DNA from: Polyangiaceae bacterium
GTDB taxonomy: Bacteria; Myxococcota_A; Polyangia; Polyangiales; Polyangiaceae
Assembly: GCA_044222475.1 (NCBI GenBank)
Contig: JBGANF010000155.1
Location: 1 to 17,223, forward strand
DNA: 17,223 bases
Direction: 5' to 3'
Positions 15,068 through 17,223 of this stretch are shown here, one piece after another; position 1 is the first letter of the stretch; each line of letters opens with the position of its first letter. The notes under the pieces were generated by a model. It had not been told where the DNA came from, made no database searches, and saw only the letters and a program-made list of their open reading frames with translations. Position numbers and translations under genes: made by a program.

Positions 15068-16748
15068 AAACCCTCGCCGAAGCCCTCGAACGCGTCCGCT
15101 TCCTCCGCGGGCGAAACGACAAGATCCGCACCCTCGCCACCGCGCTCCGCGCCATCGCCGATCACGACGGCGCCGAAGCGCTCGAGGTCGCCGCGAGGCT
15201 CGCCGTGGGTCGCACGCTCCCGATCCACGACCCTCGAACGCTCGGGGTGGGGTGGCGCCTCCTGATCGACGTCGCGGTGGAGCTCACCGGCTGGGACGTC
15301 CCCGCCATCGGAGCCTCGTCGCGGGTGACCGGCGATCTCGCCGAAGCGTTCGCGCTGCTCGTGCGACGCGACCCGCGCGCGACCGCGAGGCCGGGCGTCT
15401 CGATGACCTTCGTCGCCGAAACGTTCGACGAGATCGCGCGGACCGGAGCGCGCGACGCGAAGCGCAGCGCGATCCACGCGCTCTTCGCCAGCGCGACCTG
15501 GCTCGAGACGAAGTACCTCGCCAAGGCGCTGTCGGGCACGCTGCGCACCGGCGCGATGGGCGGAGTGCTCGAAGCGGCGATCACGAGCGCGTTCGATGCG
15601 CGCCCCGACGCCGTGCGCCGCGCGCTCGCCCTCGTGTCCGATCCCGGAGTGGTCGCCGCGCTCGCGTTCGAAGATCGGCTCGACGACGCGAAGCTCGTGC
15701 CGGGTCGGCCGATCGACTTCATGCTCGCGTCGCCGACCGAGTCGGTGCGCGAGCCGGTCGAGTGGGCGCGCACGTTGGTGGAGGACAAGCTCGACGGCGT
15801 GCGCGCGCAGATCCACGCGCGCGGCGCCGAGACCGCCATCTTCGGCCGCGGGCTCGATCGCGCGACCGCGCAGTTCCCCGAGGTCGCGCGCGCCCTCGCG
15901 TCCGCGCCGCCGGCGGTGCTCGACGGCGAGATCATCGCGACGGCGTCGGGCGGCCGCGCTCGTCCCTTTCAGGTACTTCAGGAGAGGCTCAACCAGCGCG
16001 CGCCCTCCCGCGCGCTCCTCGCGCGCACGCCCGTCGCGTTCGTCGCCTACGATCTCCTCGCCGAGGGTGACGAGGTGCTGCTCGACTTGCCGCTGACGGC
16101 GCGCCGCGAGCGTCTCCTCGCATGGGCGAAGCGCTCCGCGTTGCCCGAGACGATCGTGCGGGTCAACGACGCGAGCTCGACGCCGCGTTCGACGCCGCCC
16201 GATCGCGAGGCAACGAAGGCTTGGTCCTCAAGCGAGAGGACGCGCCGTACGACGCCGGCAAGCGCGGCCACGCGTGGCGAAAGGTGAAGAAGGCGTTCGC
16301 GACCCTCGACGTCGTCGTGACCGCGGCCGAGGAGGGTCACGGCAAGCGCGCCGGGCTGCTCAGCGACTACACGTTCGCCGTGCACCGCGGGGACACGCTC
16401 GTGAACGTGGGCAAGGCCTACTCGGGCGTCACCGACGCGGAGATCGCCCAGCTCACCGAGCGCTTCCTGAAGACGACGATCGAGCGCTTCGGGCGCGTGC
16501 GGATCGTGAAGCCGGAGGTGGTGATGGAGGTGGCCTTCGACGGCCTCCAGCGCAGCAAGCGGCACGCGAGCGGGTTCTCGCTGCGCTTCCCGCGCATCGT
16601 GCGCATCCGCGACGAAAAGAGGCCCGAGGACGCGGACCGCATCGAGACCGTGGAGGCGCTGTTCGCGGCGCAGGTCGACACCGGACACCGCGAAGAGGAG
16701 GCGCCCGTCGCGCAGCTCTCGTTGTTCGGCGAGCCGAAGAAGGACTAG
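15064..16748 (+). pseudogene. ATP-dependent DNA ligase, frameshifted near 16165-16175 (real lesion or sequencing/assembly error)
   Basis: First frame has the DNA-binding domain, EDKLDGVRAQIH, VLDGEII and VAYDLL. The remaining motifs (GNEGLVLK, W.KVKK, LDVVV, NVGKAYSG, SLRFPRIVRIRDEK) are in the -1 frame ending at 16748. Confidence 0.85.
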
Positions 16749-16751
16749 GGC

Positions 16752-17223
16752 GTGCCCGAGGGCGACACGCTGCACCTGCTCGCGAAGAAGCTCGCCCCCG
16801 TGGTCGGGAGCGAGGTCGTCGCGGTGGTGCTCCCTCGCTCGGACCAGCCCACGCGTGGCCTCCCGGGGCGCAAGCTCGACGCAGTCTTCGCGCGCGGGAA
16901 GAACCTCGTCTTCAGCCTCGAGGGGCCCGCGATCCTCGTGCACCTGAAGATGACCGGCTCGGTACGGCTCGCGCCGGCGCCGTGGCGCGGCCCGATGGCG
17001 CAGCTGTCCCTCGCGATCGAGGTGCCGGGGCGCGTCGTGGTCGCGCTGCGCGCGCCGACGGTGAAGGTGTTCTCGGCGCGGGGGCTCGCGGAGCAGCTCG
17101 CGCGCCTCGGCCCCGATCCGATCGCCGCCGACTTCGACGCGGACGAGGCCGTGCGTCGGCTCCGGGCGCGGTGCGAGACCCCGCTCGCGCTCGCGCTCAC
17201 GGACCAGACCGCGATCGCGGGGA
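16752..17223 (+). CDS. Fpg/Nei-family DNA glycosylase (endonuclease VIII-like), 3' end outside the window
   Basis: Translated by hand: GTG start gives MPEGDTLHLLA..., then ARGKNL, LVHLKMTGS, LGPDP and ALTDQTAIAG (start of H2TH). Missing from the ORF track because there is no stop in the window. Confidence 0.92.
   Translation, partial: MPEGDTLHLLAKKLAPVVGSEVVAVVLPRSDQPTRGLPGRKLDAVFARGKNLVFSLEGPAILVHLKMTGSVRLAPAPWRGPMAQLSLAIEVPGRVVVALRAPTVKVFSARGLAEQLARLGPDPIAADFDADEAVRRLRARCETPLALALTDQTAIAG

Overview
GC-rich bacterial DNA; the protein families and proline-rich lipoprotein look myxobacterial (Polyangiales-like), which is an inference. The left two-thirds is a complete type I-G (formerly I-U) CRISPR-Cas locus on the minus strand: wHTH-WYL regulator, cas3 (helicase with C-terminal HD), csx17/cas8g, csb1/cas7, csb2 (cas5-cas6), an inserted antitoxin/ParE-like toxin pair, cas4-cas1 fusion, cas2, a leader, and the leader-proximal end of a 36-bp-repeat array that runs off the window. 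Divergent from the WYL gene is a stand-alone protein made of about four tandem AP2 DNA-binding domains. It converges on and overlaps a DUF559 (Vsr-like) endonuclease gene whose start codon lies inside a 141-bp fold-back with a mutually exclusive alternative hairpin. Two copies of an 82-bp REP-like element with fully compensatory stem changes lie nearby and share sequence cores with the DUF559 leader. One copy sits in a 116-bp insertion at the exonuclease/ligase junction, flanked by a CCATGA duplication and spanned by a 39-aa mini-ORF that keeps ATGA coupling at both ends. The right end has a QYPP-repeat lipoprotein and a repair cluster: MBL-fold exonuclease, frameshifted ATP-dependent ligase, and an Fpg/Nei glycosylase truncated by the window edge. 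The best candidates for an undescribed system are the DUF559 + structured leader + REP-like element module and the multi-AP2/WYL pair at the head of the cas operon.
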